A stretch of 64,000 bases of DNA. It comes from Candidatus Latescibacterota bacterium (GTDB taxonomy: Bacteria > Latescibacterota > UBA2968 > UBA8231). Location of the stretch: positions 2,240,001 to 2,304,000 of the forward strand of contig OZ241867.1 of the NCBI GenBank assembly GCA_965203175.1, given 5' to 3'. The notes beneath the pieces were generated by a model. It ran no database searches, had not been told where the DNA came from, and saw only the letters and a list, made by a program, of their open reading frames with translations. Below, piece by piece: positions 18,345 through 28,239 of the stretch; position 1 is the stretch's first letter; every line of letters starts with the position of its first letter. The position numbers and the translations under genes were made by a program.

Positions 18345-20072
18345 TTAACCTCGCGTTGGTTGTAGGTTCAACAATACTAAAAGCCACGTTCGGTGCCAGT
18401 AGGCTGTATTGATATACGGATTGTCCGCTGACGGCCAGTTGCGCCAGTAGGTTTGGTTGTGTGGCAAGCGGTGGTAAAATTGCAACAAGGGTACGGCTGG
18501 CAACTCGCGCAGCCAAATCGCCAGCGCCTTTCTGAACAGGACCACCAAGCGCGGATCGTCGGGTGCGGTCTGTCCCATCTGATCAACGAGTGCGTCATAT
18601 TCGGAGTTTTTCCACCGCCAGAAGGTCGGCGTCGCCGTGCCCGTGGGCTGGGCGAAGCGGCTGTGGTAGAGCCGCAGGGTAAAGTACGGGTCGCGCACCG
18701 AGCCTCCATTGCCAAATATATAGGTTTTAGCCGCGCCCGTAGTCATCCGCGTGTAGTTGTCCGAGGTCATCCGCATGTTGGCTGCAAAGCCAGCCCGCTG
18801 CAACTGCTCGACTAGAATCGGCGCGATGTCTTGGAAAGTTTGGCTGATGTCGAGCAGCACCTTGGCCTGTGTCCCGTCCCGAGTCCAGATGCCTTCGGCG
18901 TCCTGCTGCCACCCGGACTCCTGCATCAGGGCCGCGCTGCGGGCTGGATCGAATAGGCCCACCGGATGTTGTTCTAGCAAGTCTTGAACTTGGTCCGTGT
19001 AGTGCCTGAGCCGCGGGAAGTCGGGGAACGGCAATAGGGTTGGTTTTCCTGCTCCTTGCCAGCCGACTTCCACTAGCTGCTCGCGGTTGATGGCGTGGTT
19101 TACGGCCCAGCGGAAGGCCAGCTCGTCGTAGGGCGACTCTTGGGTATTGAAGCCCAGCGAGAGGGGCCACCAGTCCAGATAGCCATAGGGCGGCTCTTGG
19201 CCACTCCAGGTCGTCGCATTGGGGTTTTGCTCTAGTACTGTGCGGATGTTGGGCGGCAGCATGTCGGCGCACAGGTCCATGGCATTGGTAGCGAGGTTTT
19301 GGACCTGTTTGGCTTCCTCCATGTAGGGCAGGTAGATCAGCCGCTCGACTTGCGGCGGCTGGTGGAAGCCGATTTTGGCGGCCCACCAGCCCTCGCGCCG
19401 ATCCCAGATCCGTTGCTCTGGCACGGAATGCGCTAGGCGGTACGGACCACTGACTACGGGCCAGCCCTGCGCTATATCGAAGTTGGCGAAGGTCTTGGGA
19501 TCTTGGCCTTCCCAGATGTGCCGGGGCACAATCGGTACGCCATTGTCGAAGTTGTGGGTGAAATACGTGAAGACGAAGCGCGGGTTGGGGGCCGTCAATG
19601 CAATGCGCGCCGTCAGGCTGTCGCTGGCCACGGCTGTTTTTACCCAGGTCTGCATATCGACTGCAAAGGTCAGTTCCGGCGCGTGGTCGCGGAGCATGTT
19701 GATCGTAAAGACCACGTCGTGCGCCGTCCACGGCTGCCCATCGCTCCACTCGGCTCCGGGCCGAATTTTTATGGTGACCTCGGTGTAGTCTGCGTTGTAC
19801 TCGTGCCCGGTGGCGATCCAGGGGATGATCTCGTCGCGGTAGGCGTTGTAAAAGTAGAGCGGCTCGTAGAGGAAGTTATATCCCGTGCGCGAGACCTTGC
19901 CGGGCAGGTAGGGATTAAAGGCGTCGTAGTCTTGGAACTGGCCGCTGCACGTGCCCTGATCGACGCAGTCGGTGACCAGGGTGCGCTCGCGCGGCACGTG
20001 TTGCAGGCTACCTTCGCCGCTACAAGCGGCGCAGACCAGAGCGAGGATTAGTGAGAAAGCGGGGCGCGTCAA
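18345..20072 (-). CDS. ABC transporter family-5 substrate-binding lipoprotein, tandem paralog
   Basis: WSDGQPWTAHDVVFT; lipobox VCAAC; probable TTG start at 20072 after SD AAGGAG. Confidence 0.9.
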   Translation of the reverse strand: MTRPAFSLILALVCAACSGEGSLQHVPRERTLVTDCVDQGTCSGQFQDYDAFNPYLPGKVSRTGYNFLYEPLYFYNAYRDEIIPWIATGHEYNADYTEVTIKIRPGAEWSDGQPWTAHDVVFTINMLRDHAPELTFAVDMQTWVKTAVASDSLTARIALTAPNPRFVFTYFTHNFDNGVPIVPRHIWEGQDPKTFANFDIAQGWPVVSGPYRLAHSVPEQRIWDRREGWWAAKIGFHQPPQVERLIYLPYMEEAKQVQNLATNAMDLCADMLPPNIRTVLEQNPNATTWSGQEPPYGYLDWWPLSLGFNTQESPYDELAFRWAVNHAINREQLVEVGWQGAGKPTLLPFPDFPRLRHYTDQVQDLLEQHPVGLFDPARSAALMQESGWQQDAEGIWTRDGTQAKVLLDISQTFQDIAPILVEQLQRAGFAANMRMTSDNYTRMTTGAAKTYIFGNGGSVRDPYFTLRLYHSRFAQPTGTATPTFWRWKNSEYDALVDQMGQTAPDDPRLVVLFRKALAIWLRELPAVPLLQFYHRLPHNQTYWRNWPSADNPYINTAYWHRTWLLVLLNLQPTRG

Positions 20073-20207
20073 AACTTCTCCTTTTGGCGGTGGCCGCCAA
20101 AACGTATCAACGCGCGTTGGGAGGGTCAACCAGCTTGAGCGAAGCCGCCAACCCGCCTATACTACCTCCATCCGATTCCGAACTCCATCAACCACTCCGG
20201 AAAGACT

Positions 20208-21812
20208 ATGTACGATCTGTTAATCCGCAACGCCCAGCTCCTCGACGGCAGCGGCCAGCCGGCTTTCCGCGGCGACATCGCCGTTGAGCAGGGCCGCATC
20301 GTGGCCATCGGAGATCTTGCCGCAGCCGAGGCGAGTCGCACTATCGATGCCGAGGGCTGCATCGCCTGCCCCGGCTTTATCGACATCCACACGCATTCGG
20401 ACTTGACTATCGCCCTCGACGGCCGTGCGCTCAGTTCCCTGACGCAGGGCATTACGACCCAAGTCATGGGCAACTGCGGCGTGTCGGCCGCGCCCACCCG
20501 CGACTACGAGCCGTACTACGGCCCGCTCGACCCGGCGATGACCCGTGGTTTGGCGTGCGATTGGACGCATTTCGGCGACTATTTCCAGCGGCTCGAAGCC
20601 AATGGATTGGGCACGAATACCGCGACCTTGGTCGGCCACGGCAACGTGCGCGTCGCCGCCATGGGCTACGACGACCGCCCGCCGACTGCGGCTGAAATGG
20701 AGCAGATGAAGGCACTCGTCGCCCGCGCAATGGAAGACGGCGCGATGGGGCTGTCGTCGGGCTTGGCGTACGCGCCCGGTCCGTATGCGGCGCTGGAAGA
20801 ACTCGTCGAGTTGGGGAAGGTCGTCGCTGAGTACGGCGGCATCTACACCTCGCACATCCGCAACCAGACCGAGTCGATTGCCCAAGCTGTCGGCGAGGTC
20901 ATTGCCGTCGGTGAGCAAGCCTCGGTTGCAGCCCACGTCTCGCACATGCAGCCCGGTGCGCCAATGATCGGCGCGACCCGCGACCTGCTCGCTACCATCG
21001 ACCAGAAACGCCGCGAGGGCTGCGACATTAGCTGCGACGCCATTCCCTATACGATTGGCAGCACTACCCTCAAGTCGCTGTTGCCTCCTTGGGCCTTGGC
21101 TGGCGGCGACGAGGAGTTGCTGAGGAGGTTACAAGACCCGGAGACTCGCGCCAAGATCGAACAGGACACCGTGCAGTACGGGGCCGAGAGCGGCGGCAGC
21201 CGCAAGCGCAACTTGGCGCGGGATGGAGAATGGGACAAGATCTGGCTGGGCAGCGCCGAACAAAACGCCGCCCTAGTCGGCCTGAGCTTTGCCGAGATTG
21301 GTCGGCGGCGCGGCCAAACCCCTCACGACGCGGTTTGCGACATTCTCGTCGAAGAGCGCGCGCGGCCGTGGATGCTGGCTGAGGACGTGTCTGAGGAGGA
21401 CTTCCTCAACATCGCCCGCCACTCTACCGGCGGCGTCATCTCCGACGGCTTCTCGCTGGTGCCCGAAGGCACCTTGGCCGAGGGCAAGCACCATCCCCGC
21501 TCCTATGGGGCCTTCCCCTACTTCTTGCGCCACTTCGTCCGCGAGCAAGGCGCGCTGCGCTGGGAAGAGGCCATCCACAAGCTCACTGGCCACCCCGCCG
21601 CCCGCTTCCGCTTGCGCGCGCGCGGCCTGTTGCGCGAAGGCTACTGGGCCGACCTCGTGGTCTTCGACCCCGCAGCCATCGGCGAGTGCGCCGACTTTGC
21701 CGACCCCTATCGCTATCCGCAGGGCATTGACTGCGTAATTGTCAATGGACGGATTGCCGTTGAACGAGGAGAAATAGCAGACAGCCGCGCCGGACAGATC
21801 GTCCGGGCATGA
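20208..21812 (+). CDS. N-acyl-D-amino-acid deacylase (D-aminoacylase)
   Basis: PGFIDIHTHSD, QGITTQVMGNCG, HPRSYGAFP, ADLVVFDP. Confidence 0.92.
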   Translation: MYDLLIRNAQLLDGSGQPAFRGDIAVEQGRIVAIGDLAAAEASRTIDAEGCIACPGFIDIHTHSDLTIALDGRALSSLTQGITTQVMGNCGVSAAPTRDYEPYYGPLDPAMTRGLACDWTHFGDYFQRLEANGLGTNTATLVGHGNVRVAAMGYDDRPPTAAEMEQMKALVARAMEDGAMGLSSGLAYAPGPYAALEELVELGKVVAEYGGIYTSHIRNQTESIAQAVGEVIAVGEQASVAAHVSHMQPGAPMIGATRDLLATIDQKRREGCDISCDAIPYTIGSTTLKSLLPPWALAGGDEELLRRLQDPETRAKIEQDTVQYGAESGGSRKRNLARDGEWDKIWLGSAEQNAALVGLSFAEIGRRRGQTPHDAVCDILVEERARPWMLAEDVSEEDFLNIARHSTGGVISDGFSLVPEGTLAEGKHHPRSYGAFPYFLRHFVREQGALRWEEAIHKLTGHPAARFRLRARGLLREGYWADLVVFDPAAIGECADFADPYRYPQGIDCVIVNGRIAVERGEIADSRAGQIVRA

Positions 21813-23086
21813 GCTATGCCCAGCTAACGCGCTTCATGTTGCCCTTGGTGGTGACGGCGCTGGTGCAAGAGCTCAGCGGCCAGTTCCTCAACGGCGGCAT
21901 GGCGCGGATGCCGCGGGCGGTCGAAACGCTGGCCGCCTTTGGCTTGGCCTTTGGCTTGGCTCTATTCCTCGCTGGCACCTTATCTCAGGTACGGCAGCTC
22001 GGCTTGGTCCTCGTCGAGCACACCCAAGGCTACCGAGTCTGCTTCCGCTTTGTGCTCGCCGCTGGGCTGCTATTGGCCGGGATCTTAGCCAGCTTGGCGC
22101 TGACGCCTCTGGGAACTTGGATCATCAACGATCTGCACGGGGTCGATCCCGCACTCGGCGATGCAGTGCGCTTGGCCCTGCTGTTGCTTGTTCCCTTCCC
22201 CGTGCTGTACGGGATGACGCGCTTTTATAGCGGCGAACTCATCCGTGTCCGCCGCACCGACATTCCCGCTTACGCCATTACCACGGGGATCGCCCTCAGC
22301 ATCCTTGCGGTTTTTGTGCTGCTGCCGCTCGGCTTCGTCCGCCAGACTCCCATCTTACTGCCGGTCCTCGCCACGTACACGGGTGCCCTCGCCGAGCTTG
22401 GCGTGGTCGCGTGGGGCCGCTGGCGCTTGGTGCGCTGGCCCGAGCCAGCTAATGAGCCGCTCCTGACCTACTTCTACGTCCTGCGCTTTTTTTGGCCCTT
22501 GGCGCTGATTATGGCGGTGCAGGCTGGCACCCGGCCGCTGATCAACGTATTCGTCGCCCGCAGTGCCGATGGCACCGAAGCGCTGGCCGTGCTGACCGTC
22601 GTCTATGCGCTCGGCCACATTCCCTATGGCTGGCTCAACGAACTGCGCAATCTGCCGACGGCCTTCCGCCAAGAAGGGGATTTGAGCAAGATCCGCCGCT
22701 TCTGCTGGGGCTGTTGTCTGTTTTCCTGTGCGTGGATGGCGGTGTTGTTTTGGACGCCGGCGGTCGATTACATACTCGGCACTTGGATCGGCATTGGCCC
22801 CGATTTGATCGCCCACTGCAAGACGCCGCTGCTTCTCTTCATGGGCTTTCCCTTTGTCGTCAGCCTGCGCAGCTACTTCCACGGCATTGGCCTGCTTCAG
22901 CACCGCACCCAAGCCATGGCACCGAGCGCTCCGTCGCGCGTAGCGACCGTCTTGCTGGTGCTAGCCCTGCTGGCCAATTTAGATCTGCACGGCGCGACCC
23001 AAGCCGTGGGAGCCTTAGTTAGCGGCCACACTGTGGAGGCCTTGGTCGTCTGGTGGAGCATCGGGCGCGGTAGGCGCGCCTCTTGA
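21809..23086 (+). CDS. ANKH-like (MOP/MATE superfamily) membrane transporter
   Basis: Multiple TM segments; WIINDLHGVD, FFWPLALIMAVQ..RPLINVFVAR and GHIPYGWLNELR match recalled human ANKH motifs. Confidence 0.8.
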   Translation: MSYAQLTRFMLPLVVTALVQELSGQFLNGGMARMPRAVETLAAFGLAFGLALFLAGTLSQVRQLGLVLVEHTQGYRVCFRFVLAAGLLLAGILASLALTPLGTWIINDLHGVDPALGDAVRLALLLLVPFPVLYGMTRFYSGELIRVRRTDIPAYAITTGIALSILAVFVLLPLGFVRQTPILLPVLATYTGALAELGVVAWGRWRLVRWPEPANEPLLTYFYVLRFFWPLALIMAVQAGTRPLINVFVARSADGTEALAVLTVVYALGHIPYGWLNELRNLPTAFRQEGDLSKIRRFCWGCCLFSCAWMAVLFWTPAVDYILGTWIGIGPDLIAHCKTPLLLFMGFPFVVSLRSYFHGIGLLQHRTQAMAPSAPSRVATVLLVLALLANLDLHGATQAVGALVSGHTVEALVVWWSIGRGRRAS

Positions 23087-23220
23087 CGCAGCTAGGTCTG
23101 TGTCCAACGTTCTACGCAAATTTTGTGGAGGGGCAACCGCTCCTGCAGAATTCCCATAGGAACCGTCCTTTGTGGCGGTCTTGATCCAACGACAAAAACT
23201 CGGGAAAGGACGACATAACC

Positions 23221-24855
23221 ATGAATGGCAACCAAGCCATTGCCCACATCCTCAAGGCCGAAGGCGTCGAGTGGCTGTCGGCTTTTCCCAACCAGCCGCT
23301 GATTGACGAGGGCGCGCGCGCTGGTATCCGCCCCATTATCTGTCGCCAGGAGCGGACGGGTGTCAACATGGCCGACGGCTTCAGCCGCACGACTAATGGC
23401 CGCCCTTTTGGCGTCTTCACCATGCAGACCGGGCCGGGAGCTGAAAACGCGCTCGGCGGCGCGGCCCAAGCCTACGCCGATGCCATCCCCTTGCTGCTCC
23501 TGCCCGGCGGCGTGTCCACGGCCCGAACGCAAGTGCCGCCCAACTTCGAGGCGGTGGACAATTATCGCGGCATCACCAAATGGGCCGCGAACATCAACCA
23601 AGTCGAGCGCATCCCCGAGCTGATGCGCCGCGCCTTTAGCCAGCTCGTCCACGGCCGGCCCGGCCCGGTGCTCGTGGAAATCCCCAGCGACTTAGGTGCC
23701 GCTGAATTTCCCAGTGACCTCGACTACCAACCGGTCAAAGCCTGCAAATCCGCAGCGGATTCGGACGCGGTCCGCGACTTGGTTGCCGCGCTGGTCAAGG
23801 CCGAATGCCCGATCATCAACGCTGGGCACGGCGTGATGTGGGCCGAAGCTACGGACCAGCTCGTGGCCCTCGCCGAACTGCTCAACGTACCCGTTATGAC
23901 CACCTTGGCCGGCAAGAGCGCGTTTCCCGAAAACCATCCGCTCGCGCTGGGCACTGGCGGCCACACTGGCACGCTGATGGTCGATCGCTTCTTGCAAAAG
24001 ACCGACTTCGTCTTGGGTGTGGGCACTAGTTTTACCATCTCGGTTTTCAATGCGCCTATGCCCGATCGCGCCGTCTTGGCGCAGGTGACAAACTGCGCGG
24101 AAGATCTCAACAAGGACTATCGGATCGACTTGGGGGCTATCGGCGATGCGCGGATCGTGCTGGAGCAGATCAGCGAGGAAGTCCGCCGGCAGCTTGGGGC
24201 CGACGGGCGAGGAGATGGCGGAGTTGCGGCTGAGATCGCGGCGATCCGCGCTGAGTTCAACGCCGAGTGGGCACCGCGATTTCGCTCGGACGAGGTGCCG
24301 ATAAACCCCTACCGGGTCTTCGCCGAGCTCGCCCGCGCCGTGGATGTGCCCAATACCATCATTACCCACGACTCGGGCTATCCCCGCGATCAGCTCGTGC
24401 CTTTCTGGCGGCCCCAAGTTCCCAGAGGGTACATGGGCTGGGGCAAATCGACCCAGCTTGGCTACGGCTTGGGGTTGGCCTTGGGAGCCAAGTTAGCCGC
24501 GCCGGACAAGCAGGTCATCAACATCATGGGCGACGCGGCTTTTGGCATGGCGGGTCTCGATATTGAGACCGCAGTGCGCGCAGAGATTCCCATTCTCACG
24601 GTGGTGCTCAACAACGGTGTGATGACGCACTACAACCACCACATGCCTTACGCGACCGAGCACTGGCAGAGCGACCAACTCGGCGGCCACTACGCGCAGG
24701 TGGCCGAGGCGCTTGGTGCCCACGCCGAGCGCGTTGAAACGATCCCGGACTTGGCACCGGCCATCCAACGCGCCCTCGCGGCCAACCGCGAAGGCCGAGC
24801 CGCTCTGTTGGAGGTGATGACCAAGGCGGAAGAAAACGTAGCCAAATTTTGGTAA
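23221..24855 (+). CDS. Thiamine pyrophosphate-dependent enzyme (acetolactate synthase-like)
   Basis: CRQERTGVNMADG, GRPGPVLVEIP, MGDAAFGM...VLNN. Confidence 0.92.
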   Translation: MNGNQAIAHILKAEGVEWLSAFPNQPLIDEGARAGIRPIICRQERTGVNMADGFSRTTNGRPFGVFTMQTGPGAENALGGAAQAYADAIPLLLLPGGVSTARTQVPPNFEAVDNYRGITKWAANINQVERIPELMRRAFSQLVHGRPGPVLVEIPSDLGAAEFPSDLDYQPVKACKSAADSDAVRDLVAALVKAECPIINAGHGVMWAEATDQLVALAELLNVPVMTTLAGKSAFPENHPLALGTGGHTGTLMVDRFLQKTDFVLGVGTSFTISVFNAPMPDRAVLAQVTNCAEDLNKDYRIDLGAIGDARIVLEQISEEVRRQLGADGRGDGGVAAEIAAIRAEFNAEWAPRFRSDEVPINPYRVFAELARAVDVPNTIITHDSGYPRDQLVPFWRPQVPRGYMGWGKSTQLGYGLGLALGAKLAAPDKQVINIMGDAAFGMAGLDIETAVRAEIPILTVVLNNGVMTHYNHHMPYATEHWQSDQLGGHYAQVAEALGAHAERVETIPDLAPAIQRALAANREGRAALLEVMTKAEENVAKFW

Positions 24856-24866
24856 AGGAGGAGCAG

Positions 24867-25949
24867 ATGGACCAATACAAAGCCGTTCTCATCGGCTGCA
24901 GCCGCATGGGGGCTTTCATCGATAACGAAGTCCCGGCCAATATGCGCCCGTACTCTCACGCCGCTGGATACGAGGCTTGTGAGCGCACGGATCTCATCGC
25001 CTGTTCGGATCTGCGACCCGAGGTGATGGAAAGGGTCGGCGCGCGCTACGGCATCCCTGCGGATAAGCAGTACACTGACTATCGCGAAATGCTCGCCCGC
25101 GAAAAGCCGGACATCGTCAGCGTGGCCACCCAGCCCGAGCACCGCGCCGAGATCGTCATCGCAGCGACCGAAGCAGGTGCTCGCGCGATCTACGCGGAAA
25201 AGGCGTTCTCGGCCTCGCTGGAGGAGGCCGACCGCATGGTCGAAGCCTGCCAGCGCCACAACGTCGCGCTCAACATGGGTACCAATCGCCGCTTCCACCC
25301 CGGCTACGACCAGATGAAGGCCATCATCGACTCCGGGGAAATCGGCGCGTTGCAAACCCTCATTATCCACCAGACCAGTGCGCTTTTTAACGGCGCCAGC
25401 CACAGCTTTGACCTGCTCCAGCGCCTCAACTCCGACGCTCCTGCCGATTGGGTGCAGGCGCATTTGCCCAATGGCGACGAGATCATCGACGGCGATATCC
25501 TGCGCGAAGACCCCACTGGGCACGGCATGATCCAGTTCGCCAACGGGGTTACTGCGTACGCGCTCAATTCGGGTCGGGGACTGGAAGTGGAAGCCGTCTG
25601 CGAAAAAGGCGTGGTGACGGCGCTGGGCAATGATAGGGAGTGGCAGTTGCGGGCACCGGTAGCACGCGATCACCGGGGCCGCAATAAATTGGGCTTGGTG
25701 GAATTCCCTGCTTTCGAGGACCGGGCTTCGACGCTTTGCTTGGTCGAGGATTTGGTACGCTCTCTCGATACGGGCGAGCCTCCGCGCGGTGGCGCAGAAC
25801 TGGCGCGGGCTAATACCGAACTGATTTTCGCGTTTGTGGAATCGCACCAGCGCGGCGGTGCTCGCGTGGAGTTGCCGCTTGAGGGGAGCGTTTATCGGCT
25901 AGAGCGGGATCGCGGGCCGAGGCAGCCGAAGTACGAGGCAGACGCCTAA
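24867..25949 (+). CDS. Gfo/Idh/MocA oxidoreductase
   Basis: IGCSRMG, YTDYREML..EKPDIVSV, YAEKA, NRRF. Confidence 0.9.
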   Translation: MDQYKAVLIGCSRMGAFIDNEVPANMRPYSHAAGYEACERTDLIACSDLRPEVMERVGARYGIPADKQYTDYREMLAREKPDIVSVATQPEHRAEIVIAATEAGARAIYAEKAFSASLEEADRMVEACQRHNVALNMGTNRRFHPGYDQMKAIIDSGEIGALQTLIIHQTSALFNGASHSFDLLQRLNSDAPADWVQAHLPNGDEIIDGDILREDPTGHGMIQFANGVTAYALNSGRGLEVEAVCEKGVVTALGNDREWQLRAPVARDHRGRNKLGLVEFPAFEDRASTLCLVEDLVRSLDTGEPPRGGAELARANTELIFAFVESHQRGGARVELPLEGSVYRLERDRGPRQPKYEADA

Positions 25950-26947
25950 GTCCTTAGAGCACGACCGTCGGTTATGCCGCAGCCCTTGAACAAGGTCCGC
26001 TGCACGGCGCGGTCGTGCGCGAGGGCAAAGTCCGGCGTCTTTTCGCCGCGAATGCACGCGGCTAGCTCCCGCAGTAAGCTCGGCGGGGCCGGTCCTGGAT
26101 CAAGCTCCACGTCCTGCCACTCGCCGGCTTGATACTCTTCGGTCTCCTGAGCCAAGAAGACGCGCAGCTTGTTTGAGCCGAGTGGGTCGTGCAGCAGGGT
26201 TCCTTGGGTGCCGTGGACCTCGATTCGCCGGTCCATGCCGATCTGCATGGCGGTCGTATCCACGATGCCGATTCCATCTCGACACTCGTGGACGACCACT
26301 GCGTTATCGACTTCGGCTCGCTCCCCATAGTGCTTGCCCAACACGCCCTGGACGGCCACTGGCTCGCCCATCATCGCCACCATTAAATCCACCAAGTGCC
26401 CGGCCATCTCAAAGTACACGCCGCCGTGATAGGCGGTAAATTCCCCGTATAGCTGCTTGTGCCAGTTGATCGGTTTGGGTATGTGGCCGCGATACATGAA
26501 GACCTGCCCTAGACAGCCTGACCCCACCAAGCGCAGCATCTCGGCTACTGCCGGATTGTAGCGCCACATATAGGCCATTTGTAGCATCAACCCCTCGTCC
26601 TCGGCGAACTTGTGGAGCCGTTCCAATTGGGCCAGATCGACGCCGGCCGGCTTTTCCAACAACACGTGCTTGCCAGCGGCGAGCGCTCGTTCGGCATAGT
26701 CGAGGTTTTGATATACGTGTCCTTCTACGACCACGGCCTCTGCTTGGCTATTTAACACGTTTTCGATGGAGTCAAAAACTGGAATGTGCAGCCCGTATTC
26801 CGCCCACCGCTCCAGATTTTGCTGAATCACTGCGGGGTCGGCATCGTACATACCCACTAGCTCCACTTCGCCCGGCCTTGCCGCGGCCTCCCGCACGTGC
26901 ATGGACGCGTGACTGTGCCAAGCGCCTAGGAATGCAAATCTCAACAT
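25946..26947 (-). CDS. Gfo/Idh/MocA oxidoreductase
   Basis: GKHVLLEKP, YMWRYNPA, HLVDL. Confidence 0.9.
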   Translation of the reverse strand: MLRFAFLGAWHSHASMHVREAAARPGEVELVGMYDADPAVIQQNLERWAEYGLHIPVFDSIENVLNSQAEAVVVEGHVYQNLDYAERALAAGKHVLLEKPAGVDLAQLERLHKFAEDEGLMLQMAYMWRYNPAVAEMLRLVGSGCLGQVFMYRGHIPKPINWHKQLYGEFTAYHGGVYFEMAGHLVDLMVAMMGEPVAVQGVLGKHYGERAEVDNAVVVHECRDGIGIVDTTAMQIGMDRRIEVHGTQGTLLHDPLGSNKLRVFLAQETEEYQAGEWQDVELDPGPAPPSLLRELAACIRGEKTPDFALAHDRAVQRTLFKGCGITDGRALRT

Positions 26948-26961
26948 GTGTTTATTCCCTC

Positions 26962-28230
26962 CTACCAAGTAGTTACAAATTCGTCCACGCCAAAGCCCTC
27001 GGGCATCTCGCTGTTAAAGGTGCGCAGGGGCCGGGATTCAAAGTTCGGCGGATCGGCTGCGGGCCGGAGATCGGCGTACATGTCGCTGTAGTGCTGGTGG
27101 ACGCGAGCCTCATCTTGCAGCAACCGCTCGTTGAGTGCAGCCAAGCGGCTTTGTAGGGCCTCGGCCTCGGCGGCGGTGAAGCGCTGCGCCATGTCTTCGG
27201 CGTAGTTCGCGGGCGGTGATCCGTCGACCAGCGGCTTGCGCTCCTGCTCGGACATCTGGGCGATCTCCGGTCGGTGCAGGAAGACGACTTTGTTGGCGAT
27301 TCGGCACAATAGTACCACGCTCACCATGCGGCCGAACTCGCCCGGGTGCAGTTCGGCCAAGCAGGTGCGGAATTTTTGCTCGTCGCGGGCAATCAGCGCG
27401 CGGAAGAGCGTCTCAATCTGATCCCGCTCTCGATCGTAGCACTCGGTCCAGTGGGCAAACTGGGCCTCGGCCGCGGGTGAGAGGTGTTGCCGGAAGCCGT
27501 CGGCGTGATACCAGTCGAGATGGTGGTGGTACGAGAAAATCTGGCCGCCAAAGGAGCGGTAACCGAGGTGGATGGTGCGGCGCATCCGGCTGGTGTACTT
27601 GCTGCCCCAGTGCATCATCAGGTTGGGATAGACGATGCCGTCGCCGGGCTGTAGCTCGACGGGGATGCCGTCTTTTAGTGGCACTTTGGGGTCTAGCATG
27701 AGCTGCCGTCGCTGGGCTTCGTTGGTCGGCTGTTTGTGGCTTTCGGGGAGGATCCAGAATACGTCGTCTTCGTAGAGGGCGATGTTCCACTGCACGTATC
27801 CGGGAGCGTTGGCCATTAGATCCGCTTGCATGCCGCTGAGCGGTGCCTGCTCAGCCGAGCTGGCGTCGCGGTGCCAGTCCGTGTACCCGTAATCGACCAG
27901 CCCGCTGCACAGCGCGCCAAAGGCGGTGAGGGCCGTCACCGGAGCCTGCATGAGTTAGGAACTGACGCCGAAGGTGGTCTCGTCGAGGCAGAAGTCGATG
28001 ACATCGGCGGTCTCGGCGTCAATCGAATTTATGTTCAGTCGCGGATGGATTTTTTCATACCAAGCACCGCCGAGCGGATCGCCGGGTTGGCGCGCGGCCG
28101 CGGAGCGCGCCTTTTCCCGGTCCACCATCCACTCGATAGCGAGCCGCATCGCGTCCAACCGCTCGGGCGGTACGACGTTGCGCAAGATCAGAAAGCCTTG
28201 GCGGCGGAATTGTTGCAGATCGACGTGCAT
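26962..28230 (-). pseudogene. Phytanoyl-CoA dioxygenase (PhyH) family gene split by one in-frame TAA at 27955-27957
   Basis: ORFs 27955..28230 and 26962..27951 are in one frame (GVSS*LMQAP). Motifs QFRRQGFLILRNVV, WHRD, LQPGDGIVY..MMHWG. Confidence 0.8.
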
Positions 28231-28239
28231 GATTCTCTC

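Noticed and set aside
18727-19749. Long alternative-frame and antisense ORFs (e.g. 18727..19749, 24690..25847, 39907..40827, 55812..56852)
   Set aside because: Arg/Ala/Pro-rich shadow frames of well-supported genes in GC-rich DNA.
27955-27957. Programmed readthrough or alternative genetic code
   Set aside because: The stop is TAA, used as a normal stop elsewhere in the window; no Sec/Pyl context.
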